From the NCBI GenBank assembly GCA_038245785.1, contig JBBRSB010000002.1, positions 1 through 64,000 on the forward strand: a stretch of DNA of 64,000 bases, given 5' to 3'. Each line of letters begins with the position of its first letter. Position 1 is the first letter of the stretch. A model generated the notes under the pieces. That model made no database searches. It was not told where the DNA came from and saw only the letters and a list, made by a program, of their open reading frames with translations. The DNA comes from Gloeobacterales cyanobacterium (GTDB taxonomy: Bacteria; Cyanobacteriota; Cyanobacteriia; Gloeobacterales; PMM-0068). This document shows positions 1 to 10,074 of this stretch, in pieces. Made by a program: the position numbers and the translations under genes.

Positions 1-150
1 GACTGTTGAGCAAAGGGAAGAACAAGATGCAGGTGATTGTGGCAGCGATGCGGAAACTAGCCCATCTCATCTTTGGGGTCCTCAAGTCTGGGAAGCCCTT
101 TGACCCTAATTATTTGAGTACTACCCCTTGACTCCCAAGACAGCATCTAA
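1..150 (+). mobile_element. 3' end of an IS110-family transposase (stop at 129-131) and probable element right end
   Basis: Frame from nt 3 reads LLSKGKNKMQVIVAAMRKLAHLIFGVLKSGKPFDPNYLSTTP*, the typical IS110 C-terminus (K..A.MRKL...I...LK...PFD). Followed by CTTGACTCCCAAGACAGCATCT, with a TTGAC -35-like end. Confidence 0.8.
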
Positions 151-255
151 TCACCCAGTAGAGCATGCTAGGCAGAAAGACTGTCCGTATATTACCCCTA
201 TTTAGGAGGATTAGGCAGACAACCTCGGTATAAATTCCAGTAGATAACCAAAGAT

Positions 256-294
256 TTGCAGCCTAATATCCAATTTTAGGCAATTAGGCTGCAA
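256..294. repeat. Perfect 12-bp inverted repeat just upstream of intI (possible attI/regulatory site)
   Basis: TTGCAGCCTAAT (256-267) and ATTAGGCTGCAA (283-294); further TAGGC(A) motifs near 168, 212 and 277. Confidence 0.6.
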
Positions 295-300
295 CTTCTC

Positions 301-1266
301 ATGGAACCCCGTCCAAAGAAACTTTTAGACCAAGTCCGCGACGCTATCCGGCTCAAACACTACTCCTTTCGAACAGAAGAGAGCTACGTACAGTGGATTC
401 GGCGCTACATACTATTTCATGGCAAACGTCATCCTCTGGAAATGGGCGGTGCCGAAATTGAAGCTTTTCTGACAGATTTAGCGGTGAATCGGCAAGTTGC
501 AGCCTCGACCCAGAACCAAGCGCTGAGTGCTCTACTATTTCTATACCGGGTAGTTCTTAAGCAAGAACTCGATATCTCTATAGATGCAGTCCGTGCCAAG
601 CGTTCCCGATATTTACCTACGGTGCTCACCAGAGAAGAAGTGCTGGCAGTTATCCAGAATCTCTCAGGAGTGCACCAACTTTTTATTCAGGTCCTCTATG
701 GCAGTGGCTTGAGACTGACAGAGGGATTGCAATTGCGTGTCAAAGATATAGATTTTGCTCAGCGCCAAATTTTAGTACGCGACGGCAAGGGAAAAGAAAG
801 TCGTGTGACGATGTTGCCCTTAAGCCTGATTGAGCCTCTGAAACATCAGATGGAAAAAGCAAAAATTACCCATCAGCAGGATTTGGATAAAGGTTTGGGT
901 TCGGTGTACTTACCGTTTGCACTGGAGCGCAAGTACCCTCACGCAGACCGCCAATGGATCTGGCAGTTTATTTTTCCGTCCGATCGGTTCTCGCAAGATC
1001 CCCGCAGTGGTGTGACCCGGCGTCACCATTTGCATGAGACTGGTATACAGCGGTCAATAAAGCAGGCAGTTCATTTAGCAGGCATCCAAAAACGAGTAGG
1101 TTGTCACACCTTCCGTCATTCCTTTGCTACCCACCTGCTCCAAAATGGCTACGACATCCGCACCGTTCAAGAACTATTGGGGCATAAAGACGTCAAGACA
1201 ACGATGATTTATACCCATGTGCTTAACCGTGGTGGGCGAGGGGTCCGCAGTCCACTTAATTTGTGA
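301..1266 (+). CDS. intI: Integron integrase (tyrosine recombinase)
   Basis: N-terminal SAM-like domain ([14 protein letters not shown]), [31 protein letters not shown], and the integron-specific insert [14 protein letters not shown]...WIWQFIFPS. Confidence 0.95.
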   Translation: MEPRPKKLLDQVRDAIRLKHYSFRTEESYVQWIRRYILFHGKRHPLEMGGAEIEAFLTDLAVNRQVAASTQNQALSALLFLYRVVLKQELDISIDAVRAKRSRYLPTVLTREEVLAVIQNLSGVHQLFIQVLYGSGLRLTEGLQLRVKDIDFAQRQILVRDGKGKESRVTMLPLSLIEPLKHQMEKAKITHQQDLDKGLGSVYLPFALERKYPHADRQWIWQFIFPSDRFSQDPRSGVTRRHHLHETGIQRSIKQAVHLAGIQKRVGCHTFRHSFATHLLQNGYDIRTVQELLGHKDVKTTMIYTHVLNRGGRGVRSPLNL

Positions 1267-1305
1267 TGATCGAGTACCAATTTTAATCCATCTACCGGAA
1301 CGATA

Positions 1306-2652
1306 TCACGCAAAAAATTTCAAAGCGATAGAGATTAAGGAAAGGAAAATCATAAAACCGATACCATCTAGCAGAGTGGTTAATAGAGGGCCACTAATAA
1401 GGGCCGGGTCGAGATTGAAGCGTTTGAATCCCATCGGTAGCAAAGCACCCAAAGTAACAGCCACCATCGTATTAATCGCCATTACCAACCCGGCAACTCC
1501 CGCCACCCAACGTTGCTCCGGGGGAGTCCAAATCAGAGACAGTAGGACAAGCGTAAGACCCAAGGCCAAAGCTGTCCCTAGGCCTGCCAGTACTTCCTTG
1601 CGCAGAATACGGAAGGTATCCAGTACTGTGATTTCGCCAACGCTGAGACCGCGAATGGTTACCGTCAAGGCTTGGATGCCAACGGTACCGCCTGTATTGG
1701 AGAAAATTGGCATAATGACCGCCAGGACCGGAACCAGGGCAATCACCGACTGAAAAGGAGCAATCGCACTGGCAGAGGCAATATAAAGCCCCATCACACC
1801 CAAGAGCCAAGGTAAACGCTGACGAATGGTAACGCCAGGATCCGCTAAGGTTGACTCTTCGCCGCCACTGACCGCCGCCAATTTGAGGATGTCTTCTGTC
1901 GCTTCTTCTTCCAAGATGTCAATCACATCGTCAATGGTCACAATGCCTACCAGACGCTGCTCTCGGTCCACCACAGGCAAGGCCAAGAGGTCGTGACGCT
2001 TCATCAAACGAGCCACTTCTTCCTGGGGCGTGTGGGTCGTGACAAAGACCAGGCTTCGACAGACCAAAGTCCGAATTTCTGTATTAGGGTCCGCGAAGAT
2101 CAGTTGCCGCAGAGATACTACTCCTTCCAGGGCTCGATTCGTGTCCGTGAGATAGGTATAGTAAATCGTTTCCTTGTCAGCATCCAGGCGACGAATCTTT
2201 TGAATGGCCTGAGCCACCGTCAGGTCATTGCGTAGACGCACATACTCCGTGGTCATCACCCGACCAGCCGTTGCTTCGGGATAGCCCAAGAGCAGTGCCG
2301 TTGCTTCTCGCTCACTGGGGCTCATTTGCGCCAATAGACGCTTGACCACGCGGGCAGGCAATTCATCAAACAGCTCAGCCCGGTCATCAGGAGACATGGC
2401 ATCCACTAGAGCCCGCACTTCCCGGTCATGAAGGTTGTTGATTAGCTCTTCTTGGACTTCGAAGGGCAAATATTCAAAAACTTCGTTCGCTTGTCCTTTA
2501 GCCAACAACCGGAAGGCAATACCTTTTCTGACCTCTGGCAGGGCAGCAATATATTCCCCTGCATCTGCAGGATTGAGGTCTTTCAGTTGAGCCTTTAACT
2601 GCGTGAAGTCATCAATAGACATCAGGAAGTCGCGGCGGTCTTGGGTGAGCAT
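1306..2652 (-). CDS. mgtE: Magnesium transporter MgtE
   Basis: MgtE N-domain (MSPDDRAELFDELP), CBS pair, five-TM region. Start set at ATG 2652 (MLTQD), after a GGAGGAGGGG RBS. Confidence 0.93.
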   Translation of the reverse strand: MLTQDRRDFLMSIDDFTQLKAQLKDLNPADAGEYIAALPEVRKGIAFRLLAKGQANEVFEYLPFEVQEELINNLHDREVRALVDAMSPDDRAELFDELPARVVKRLLAQMSPSEREATALLLGYPEATAGRVMTTEYVRLRNDLTVAQAIQKIRRLDADKETIYYTYLTDTNRALEGVVSLRQLIFADPNTEIRTLVCRSLVFVTTHTPQEEVARLMKRHDLLALPVVDREQRLVGIVTIDDVIDILEEEATEDILKLAAVSGGEESTLADPGVTIRQRLPWLLGVMGLYIASASAIAPFQSVIALVPVLAVIMPIFSNTGGTVGIQALTVTIRGLSVGEITVLDTFRILRKEVLAGLGTALALGLTLVLLSLIWTPPEQRWVAGVAGLVMAINTMVAVTLGALLPMGFKRFNLDPALISGPLLTTLLDGIGFMIFLSLISIALKFFA

Positions 2653-2782
2653 CTCTCCCCTCCTCCATCTTCTTATGGGTCTGACTAAACCTCCTCCAGA
2701 AGATGGAAATCCCAAAAACCGAAGGAGCTAGGTACTCGGACCGTTGCTACTACTCAAAGCTGAGCCTCAAAATCAACATCAT
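2653..2782 (-). promoter_or_regulatory. Candidate structured mgtE leader with RBS-overlapping hairpin and short uORF
   Basis: 10-bp perfect inverted repeat, 2664-2673 with 2698-2707; one arm overlaps the purine-rich RBS region. uORF MMLILRLSFE** starts at 2782. Confidence 0.35.
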
Positions 2783-3082
2783 AGGGAATGTAAACCAGTA
2801 GGTTTAATTTCCCAGACAAAACATATTGTACGCCATGAACAGAATGGTTGTGCATAAGCTCACAAAGGCTACATATTCTTTGCTGCATGACTCTTCTCTG
2901 CTGCTATCGGGCTTAATCTAAAGCTAATGATTGAAAAGAAGAGTATTTCTCTGTTTTCGCGATACGGAAAATTTGCAGCTACCTTGCTCCAGATCTTCAG
3001 TATTTTTTTTAGCATCTAGAGATGATCTGTTTAACCGATTCTGCTCGTACGGTAGCAGGCCTAATGCCTTATCATTCCTAGC

Positions 3083-3412
3083 ATGACCTATACTGCGCAC
3101 ATTCAGCATGGTGGCCAAGAGCACACCATCACCATCACTTCCGATGAAACAGTCCTCGTCGCGGCCTTGCGTCAAGGCGTGTCACTTAATTCTTCTTGTG
3201 AAGCCGGGGTATGTACCACCTGTGCATCGCTCATTAAATCCGGCACGGTGGATCAAAGTGAGGGAATGGGTATTGGTCTGGAATTACAGGAAAAAGGCTA
3301 TGCGCTCCTATGTGTTTCCTATGCCAAGTCTGACCTCGTGATTGAATCCGATAAGGAAGATGAAGTGTACCGCGAGCAGTTCGGGAAGAAGTCCGGCAAG
3401 CAGTTCGGCTAA
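3083..3412 (+). CDS. Plant-type 2Fe-2S ferredoxin
   Basis: SSCEAGVCTTC...LLC cluster motif. Confidence 0.92.
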   Translation: MTYTAHIQHGGQEHTITITSDETVLVAALRQGVSLNSSCEAGVCTTCASLIKSGTVDQSEGMGIGLELQEKGYALLCVSYAKSDLVIESDKEDEVYREQFGKKSGKQFG

Positions 3413-3416
3413 AGGC

Positions 3417-4049
3417 ATGTCAGTAGACTGGGGATTGGCACTGCATACCACTACGGATATTCTTGGCTTAGCTCTTGTAGATGCTGGGCAGGAACCTCGC
3501 GAACATCAAGAACGCTTAGGTCTGGATTTATCTAATCTATTACTGACCAGAATGCGGGATTTTCTACCCCCTCAATCTTTAAAAGACTTGGCTTTTGTTG
3601 CTGTAGCCAGTGGACCCGGCAGCTTTACGAGTACTCGTGTTGGTTTAGTGGTCGCGCGCACCCTAGGTCAACAGTTAGACGTTCCCATTTTCACCATTTC
3701 TTCCCTTGCTTTGTGGGCTTACCAGACAACAGGCAGTGGCCTGATCGCCGCCCATTTGGATGCTCGCAGGAATGAACGCTATGGAGCGATCTATCAAGTG
3801 GTCAAAGGAACTATTAAGCCTATCGTTGCTGAAGATATTTTTGATGGGTCGCAATGGCAAGCACTGCTTGACAAACATCAGCCCGAGCAAGTGATTGATG
3901 GAGGGACACAGACCACTGTTCCTGTCAGAGCTTTAGCGCAAATGGCCTGGCAGCTTTATCAGCGGGGAGAACGGCCTTCTTGGAATGAGGCTATAGCCAA
4001 CTATATGAGACAGCCCCTGATTAATAATCAATCAACCGCTGGTTCGTAG
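3417..4049 (+). CDS. tsaB: tRNA threonylcarbamoyladenosine biosynthesis protein TsaB
   Basis: LALHTT, VASGPGSFTSTRVG and DARRNE motifs; ATG at 3417 just after the ferredoxin stop. Confidence 0.9.
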   Translation: MSVDWGLALHTTTDILGLALVDAGQEPREHQERLGLDLSNLLLTRMRDFLPPQSLKDLAFVAVASGPGSFTSTRVGLVVARTLGQQLDVPIFTISSLALWAYQTTGSGLIAAHLDARRNERYGAIYQVVKGTIKPIVAEDIFDGSQWQALLDKHQPEQVIDGGTQTTVPVRALAQMAWQLYQRGERPSWNEAIANYMRQPLINNQSTAGS

Positions 4050-4393
4050 AGGAATTCGAACAGATTGCCATCAGGATCTTTGGCGTAGAAAGAACGGGTG
4101 CCATCCCGATGATCTAGGATTTTGCTGGCGGTATAACCTTGAGCCTGTAGCTTATCGTAATAGGGCTGGATCTCGTTGGGGTCGTGGAATACAAAGCCAA
4201 AGTGAGGTCCTGCATGTTTGTAGTCAGGTCCAAGCAAGGCCAATCCATCATCACCCGCTTTCACATAGGCCCAGTCGGAGTCTTGCCAAGCCACTTCCAT
4301 ACCTAGATCGGCGTAAAAGGCTACGGCTTTGGCAACATCTTGGACCTGGACGGCTACGTGACCGAGACGACTAAGTTTTGTCTGAGTAAGCAT
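4028..4393 (-). CDS. VOC/glyoxalase family protein
   Basis: LGHVAV, HFGF and FYAKDPDGNLFE motifs. Confidence 0.88.
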   Translation of the reverse strand: MLTQTKLSRLGHVAVQVQDVAKAVAFYADLGMEVAWQDSDWAYVKAGDDGLALLGPDYKHAGPHFGFVFHDPNEIQPYYDKLQAQGYTASKILDHRDGTRSFYAKDPDGNLFEFLYEPAVD

Positions 4394-4500
4394 GAGCGTA
4401 AGATTGAGAGGCTACTTCCAGGGTACTGGATAGGAAGTATTCACTCCAGTCCAAACTTAGAGATCCTTAGACTCTTAGTAAACTGTATAAGATTCTGATA

Positions 4501-5169
4501 TCAGTTTATGAATGACTGTTCCCCTGCTTCAAACGCTTTTATTTCTTCAATAACCCAGGTAAATATTTCAAGAAACTGTTTAATAGCAGATTCATTATTC
4601 AACACAAATAGGCTAATTTTAGGTCGCCCATCAATAGAATCAGGAGGCATTAACAGACCTTCAATAGAATTTAACCAATTAAGAAGTTCAACTCTCTTTT
4701 CTCTAGAGTCAAATGGTGGCTGGCTTATATCCTGAAAGAAGATCTCACATACACCCGATGCATTGACTGAAAAGAGCTGATCACTCTTTCCTTGATGAAT
4801 GAGTATTAGGGTAAACGATCTGATTTCAACTTGTCTTGGCAAAATAAAAAGCTTGTGATTATCTGCCCATCTAAGAATAGCCCTGACAACATTAGATAGA
4901 TGGTCACCATATTTTTCTTCGAGTTCCTGAAAAAATGCGTTTGCGCTAAATTCATCCCATTCACGCTGTATTCGACAAACAGAAGATTTCTTCTGGTCCT
5001 CATATATTCTTCGGCCCTGCAATCGAGAGATCAGCGTTTTAAGTTCCTGATCAAGGCACTGTTTAACTTCAAGTATTAGTATTTTTACTAAATCTATCTG
5101 AACCTTTAAAGAGTTAACGATTACTTCAAGTTCATTTAGAGTTTCATCTTTCATAAAAATCATGATCAT
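4501..5169 (-). CDS. Hypothetical protein (AT-rich, accessory)
   Basis: 222-aa ORF; no motif recognised; start uncertain. Confidence 0.5.
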   Translation of the reverse strand: MIMIFMKDETLNELEVIVNSLKVQIDLVKILILEVKQCLDQELKTLISRLQGRRIYEDQKKSSVCRIQREWDEFSANAFFQELEEKYGDHLSNVVRAILRWADNHKLFILPRQVEIRSFTLILIHQGKSDQLFSVNASGVCEIFFQDISQPPFDSREKRVELLNWLNSIEGLLMPPDSIDGRPKISLFVLNNESAIKQFLEIFTWVIEEIKAFEAGEQSFIN

Positions 5170-5497
5170 TCTACCTGCTTGTAGATTAACTTTTACTATT
5201 TATAAGAATTACTCTTAATCAATATTTAAGTCCATTCAGAACTATCCCTGAATTATGACCATCAGATAGACCATTGGGCACAAATTAAGAATGATTCTTC
5301 TCAACGGGCTGATAAGTAATGCCGCTAGTTATATGGCCAAACATTTGGATGGTCACTTCTCATTGGATACATGTAAAAGTAGTATATTTAATTCTTGTTA
5401 GGATGCTCCCGATTCAGACAGTTCTAAGGGTTTCTACGGAGAGTTTAAACATTACATATTTTGACTGACTGATCTGTGGCAAAACGTACAAAATCTA

Positions 5498-6190
5498 TCA
5501 GAGCATATAGGTTCGTTCCAGATACTTCTGAATGTCCGCACTTTCAAACATTTCCGTCCCTGTGTTTGGATCTGCAAGATAAGGAAACATCATCTTGCCA
5601 GAGCGTTCCACGAAGGCTGTACGGCTGGGGCTATCCTTGCCCATGTTGTGCAAGAGATAAGGAAGTTCCAGTTCGCAGAGGGTTTCTCGGACCATGCGAC
5701 TAAACGGTGAACTTTCAAAGCTCCACAGTTCGAGAGACTTTTCGGGTAGGCGAGATGGACGCACGTTTTGGCCTTTGTTCAGCCTAGCCAAAGTAGCAAA
5801 TCCAAGACTGGCCATTACTACAGGGTTATCTAAGGTCACAGGCACCTGGTCATTGCCATAGGTAGCAAACAAATAGCGAACGATATCGCTGGATTCATAC
5901 ATAGCCTCGCCTGTATTCGGGTCTACCAGATAAGGAAACATCAAACGTCCACCCTTTTCTTGGACCACGGAACGATAGCGAGTACCTCCCTTGGGGCAGG
6001 GATAAACCTTCACTTCTAAGTCAAGGATGGTCAGCGCTTCGCGCACCTTACGGCAGAAAGGACAAGCTTCAAATTCATAGAGCTGTAAAGGCTCCTTGGG
6101 CCGAGGACCGAGCGGACCGACCCAGATCCCACTTCCCAGCCGAGCAAGCGTTGCCAAAACCGAAGTGCCTAAATCAAGAACATCCGCCAT
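5498..6190 (-). CDS. Tandem glutathione S-transferase N-terminal (glutaredoxin-like) domain protein
   Basis: YEFEACPFCRKVRE and FESSPFSRMVRE repeats, each with PYL.DPNTG..M.ES. Confidence 0.9.
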   Translation of the reverse strand: MADVLDLGTSVLATLARLGSGIWVGPLGPRPKEPLQLYEFEACPFCRKVREALTILDLEVKVYPCPKGGTRYRSVVQEKGGRLMFPYLVDPNTGEAMYESSDIVRYLFATYGNDQVPVTLDNPVVMASLGFATLARLNKGQNVRPSRLPEKSLELWSFESSPFSRMVRETLCELELPYLLHNMGKDSPSRTAFVERSGKMMFPYLADPNTGTEMFESADIQKYLERTYML

Positions 6191-6419
6191 TGGTCATCAC
6201 CTGAGTACTACCCACAGGATGTCACAGCATTCCCTGATTGAGCTTAAACAATGTGATTTGCACCTAGAAGAGAAAGCTAGGGAATAAAGTGAGTTCGGGT
6301 TAAGAAGGCCCATAGGTCAAGCTTAGGAAGGAAGTGCTTTCAGACTTTAGAGCTCAGATTAGCTAGTGCAAAATGAAACCTTTTGTCAAGCTTACCTTCA
6401 CTAGCTATCAAATCTTTTC

Positions 6420-6791
6420 TCACGGGAGAGAGAAAATTGCTCTGAGCCCCACTTCGATAGGGCTGTATTGCTCTGCTGTCAGTTGCCCTCTCCGCTTGTG
6501 CACCCTTGTGGTATCGATGCTCACCACCTGATCAAGAAGGACGATGGAATCAGACCTTAGCCCTGCTGTCCCTGACGGGATATGCGGATACAGACTAGGG
6601 GAGATTTTAGCCCAAGACTGTCCTCGGTCTGTGGTCAGCGGAACCACCATTATCAAATCGAAACGGGGAGTCCCTGCCTGACGTGGAAGTCCTACAACAA
6701 TAGCGGGGCGATACCCTTCTTGCTCATGACCCTGGGGATTTTTTTGCGGGAAGCGGATGGTCAGGATATCTCCAGGATGGAGTGTAGTCAT
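6420..6791 (-). CDS. PemK/MazF-family toxin
   Basis: GD..., GHEQEGYRPAIVV, VVPLTT, SIVLLDQV motifs. Confidence 0.9.
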   Translation of the reverse strand: MTTLHPGDILTIRFPQKNPQGHEQEGYRPAIVVGLPRQAGTPRFDLIMVVPLTTDRGQSWAKISPSLYPHIPSGTAGLRSDSIVLLDQVVSIDTTRVHKRRGQLTAEQYSPIEVGLRAIFSLP

Positions 6792-7156
6792 TGAGCTTCA
6801 CTGACGATGAAGGGTTCCCCTTCTTCTAATTCTCCCGGCTCCCAGTCGTAGGGCTCATAGTCTTCTAATCGGGAAAGGTCTGCATTAAGCCAGTCCCTAT
6901 CTTCCTGGGTCAACCCTCTTGCGTCTTCTGGAAGCGTTGGAGGTGCTGGAACCAGAAGAATCTCTCCACTACTCACCTTGGCCAGTAAAGTCCCAAGATG
7001 TGGTTTGCCTGCATAAAAACATCCATACTGAGTCGCCAAGACTTCCAGAGCCTTGCGCGTTTGTTTACTCATCCGCATAGTTACTGTCTGGTGATCTAGC
7101 CGGGGTCGCTTTCCCCGTTTTTCAATGAGTCCTTTGACGTTACGCTGATGAGGCAT
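6788..7156 (-). CDS. Probable antitoxin of the MazF toxin
   Basis: ATGA overlap with the toxin; basic N-terminus with an RHH-like segment (TVTMRMSKQTRKALEVLA); acidic C-terminal tail. Confidence 0.6.
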   Translation of the reverse strand: MPHQRNVKGLIEKRGKRPRLDHQTVTMRMSKQTRKALEVLATQYGCFYAGKPHLGTLLAKVSSGEILLVPAPPTLPEDARGLTQEDRDWLNADLSRLEDYEPYDWEPGELEEGEPFIVSEAQ

Positions 7157-7430
7157 TATGAATTCAGCAAATTACACTATCATATTAGTGCTTAGCGTAC
7201 GTAAATACACTAACTTTATTAGTCTTCTCAATATTTTTGCAAGTCCAGAGCACTCCAGTAGACTAGTAGGTTAGGAGCCTACAAAAATGTATTGAAAATG
7301 TATTGAATATGTGGAGATTTACCAGCAGGAAGGTCGTGCCCTTTCTAACCCAGTCGCTCTTCAACTGGTTAGACTTCTACTCCTGCACCCGTGCAGCTTT
7401 ATTGGCGGACATTGAGGATATCAAAATTCC

Positions 7431-8120
7431 CTAACGTTTAGGTCGTTGTTCCCATATATATTTGTATAGTTGATCGATGTCTTCTTTGTCCTTGCGCGAG
7501 CAACATTCTGAGTCATCCCATCCTTGAGAAGTATTATTTTCGACCTTTATAGGAACTGGATATCGTCCCTGCCAGAAAATAAAACGGGTTAATTTCTTGA
7601 GTAACGACTTTTCTTCTTCAGAAATACGAATATTAGTTAAATCCAGTAGCTTTTCGAGGTCATGCCTTGCAAAGGCTCGACTGAGGCTCCCATCTGGTTG
7701 TACATGATGAGAATGCTTAGCGATAATGATGCCTTTGAGTAAAAGTTCGATGGAAAGACCTGACATGTAGAAATACACTAACTTCAAATTCATTTCTGAA
7801 ATTGCTTGATTTAATTGTTCTCCAGTGAAAGGGAGTGGTAAGTCTAGTCCAACCGTATTTGTTATTACTCTTGAATACAAAAGTTGATCTACTTGGTCCC
7901 AAAAGCTCCGTCCTTTATCAAGCTTCTCAAAAATAACGCTTGCCGCAAACCTATAAACTTCTGAAATTTCGTACCAACTTTCTGGTAGGGAGCCAGCATG
8001 TATAAACGCTTGCTTATGATAACGTGCCGAAAAAGTGTACCAGCTAGCGGGAAGTTGTTCTGGCTCCAGTTCTTCCAAAGGATATTCAGGCAAGGTAACC
8101 TCTCTTTTCGCAAATTTCAC
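7431..8120 (-). CDS. HEPN-like domain protein
   Basis: SIELLLKG...HDLEKL...RYP pattern of the HEPN superfamily; AT-rich. Confidence 0.5.
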   Translation of the reverse strand: MKFAKREVTLPEYPLEELEPEQLPASWYTFSARYHKQAFIHAGSLPESWYEISEVYRFAASVIFEKLDKGRSFWDQVDQLLYSRVITNTVGLDLPLPFTGEQLNQAISEMNLKLVYFYMSGLSIELLLKGIIIAKHSHHVQPDGSLSRAFARHDLEKLLDLTNIRISEEEKSLLKKLTRFIFWQGRYPVPIKVENNTSQGWDDSECCSRKDKEDIDQLYKYIWEQRPKR

Positions 8121-8475
8121 AAAAGGGCTAGCCCTTTATAGTTCCCGCTATAGCCCTAAAAATAACCCGCTAAATTGATTAATTTTGAATAATACAGTAG
8201 GTGCCAACAGAGACGTATTTTTGTCATTAAAAAATTCTTAGCCCAAAGAAAATCAGCATGCCGTAGATCCTTCTGCTCAATGGAATGTGTCCCGGCAAGT
8301 TGCGCCAGACAGGCTTTTGGAGAAAAGTATAGGTCTGTGCCTCGGTGAGTTAGTTCATTAGATCTCTTCTTCAGACCTTTGACACAAACTTATTTGCGCT
8401 CCCAGTGACGATCAGACTATTTAGATTTGGCCATTCCAAGGGAAAAATAACCTTACACGCTATTGAAGATTAACT

Positions 8476-8790
8476 ATGTTAGCCCAGATTACTGCAACGA
8501 TTAGCGCCATCGTTATTGCACTTGGAGGCCAAGGAGTTAACCCATGTACTAGCAAAACTGGTACTGAGGGAACTAAAGGTTTTATCTGTTTTGAAAAAAA
8601 TGCCGATATTGCCTGGGGTGGAGATATTAATGGAGATTTTATCGAACGTGTAGATTTCCGAAATAAGAACCTAACCCTTAAACAAACAATGGATAATCGT
8701 GAAGTTAAATCCCTTAAAGAATGGAAAGCCATGGCTAAGCGGGCTGAAGATAAGCGCGAAGCCGGTAAAGCTTCTATCTGGCAGTTCTAG
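8476..8790 (+). CDS. Small hypothetical protein, paralog of 10075-10389
   Basis: Shares ITATISAIVIALGG and VK.L..WK..AKRA...RE with 10075-10389. Confidence 0.65.
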   Translation: MLAQITATISAIVIALGGQGVNPCTSKTGTEGTKGFICFEKNADIAWGGDINGDFIERVDFRNKNLTLKQTMDNREVKSLKEWKAMAKRAEDKREAGKASIWQF

Positions 8791-8896
8791 TTGTTATTCT
8801 CTAACAACCAATGGGCACTATATACCAGAACAAACTAATCCCCCCTGAGGGTTGAAACTTTTTCACATGCTCCTGCACCCATCTCTACATACATAA

Positions 8897-9862
8897 ATGG
8901 CGATAGAGTACAAACCTTGGTCATTTGATTATTTTTGGAATAAAGCTGTTGTCTATGCTGCTCGCGCACATAAACAAGACCGAGAAGGAGAAGAATTCCC
9001 TTTTTGGTCACTGCTCACGTTGGAGCTTATTGGACGAGCCGCTCTCGCGCATACTCATCCTGCTCTTCTTGCTGATAGTAAGAGTGATGATAATGTGATG
9101 ACAGCATTTGGCTTTAGAAAAGATAAAGAGCCACGTTCGATAGCAGCTAATCTCGTCTTCCAGCGCTGTTCAGTCATTGTGGAAGCATTTTCAGATACTG
9201 ATGTTAAGAGATGCATTGGCTTAATGGAGTTCAGAAACCGGGAGGTTCATACAGGTGAACCTGTTTTTGCCGGATGGTCAACCTCAGAATGGTTATCTGA
9301 CTATTACCGAATTCTTAAGATTTTGGTAACACATGTCGGAAAGACTCTTGAAGACCTTCTCTTAAGGAAAGAGGACATTGCTCATGCTGAAGAGCTAATA
9401 ATCGCAGCTGAAGCAAAGAATATCACCGAAGTTACTCAACGAGTTAATAACGCTAAAACATGTTTTGATGCACTATCAGATGATGAACATGAGCAGAGAC
9501 GTGCTGAGTCAGCTCGTCATAAATTTGTAAAACCAAATGGACGAATAGTAAGTTGTCCTGTTTGTTCATCTGATGCAGGTTTGTTTGGCAATCTTTTACG
9601 GAGAACCGAAGATCACTTAGATGAAGGCGAGCTAGTGAGTGAACTTACCCTTCAACCATCAGCCTTCATATGTACAGCATGCGGTTTAAAGCTTGGCTCT
9701 CTAGCAGATCTCTTCGCCGCATCAAAAAACAACAATGCATTCGCGTCTATGATAAGCCCATTTACACTCACGGAAAGAACTTCAATAGAAGAATATTTTG
9801 AGGAGTATTTTGAAACTGACCGATCAGATTACCTAGAGTCTAACTACCCGTCTAACCGCTAG
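8897..9862 (+). CDS. Putative HEPN (R-x4-H) plus Zn-ribbon protein
   Basis: LELIGRAAL helix, FRNREVH motif, C-terminal CPVC...CTAC. Confidence 0.55.
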   Translation: MAIEYKPWSFDYFWNKAVVYAARAHKQDREGEEFPFWSLLTLELIGRAALAHTHPALLADSKSDDNVMTAFGFRKDKEPRSIAANLVFQRCSVIVEAFSDTDVKRCIGLMEFRNREVHTGEPVFAGWSTSEWLSDYYRILKILVTHVGKTLEDLLLRKEDIAHAEELIIAAEAKNITEVTQRVNNAKTCFDALSDDEHEQRRAESARHKFVKPNGRIVSCPVCSSDAGLFGNLLRRTEDHLDEGELVSELTLQPSAFICTACGLKLGSLADLFAASKNNNAFASMISPFTLTERTSIEEYFEEYFETDRSDYLESNYPSNR

Positions 9863-10074
9863 GTCGCAATTGTTACAAGCATACTTTCAAGATAGTTAAC
9901 AGCACTTATTCCCTCCTGGAAGATGGCTGCTCAAGAATAAAAACCCCTCTTTGACCAGTGCATTACAGGACCCTACGGCATAGTCTCTAGTCCTGCCCTC
10001 GCGCCAAACGGTAAAGCAAGTTTTGGAATGGATACCGAGCTGTTGTGATTGAATAGCTTGGTGGGGAAGGCTGT

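Noticed and set aside
7343..7373. TCTAAC...GTTAGA hairpin as an attC site
   Set aside because: Only about 30 nt, too short for attC, with no L boxes.
7380..8880. 11-bp direct repeat CTCCTGCACCC at about 7380 and 8870 as a target-site duplication
   Set aside because: One 11-mer match within about 2 kb is plausible by chance, and no transposase lies between.
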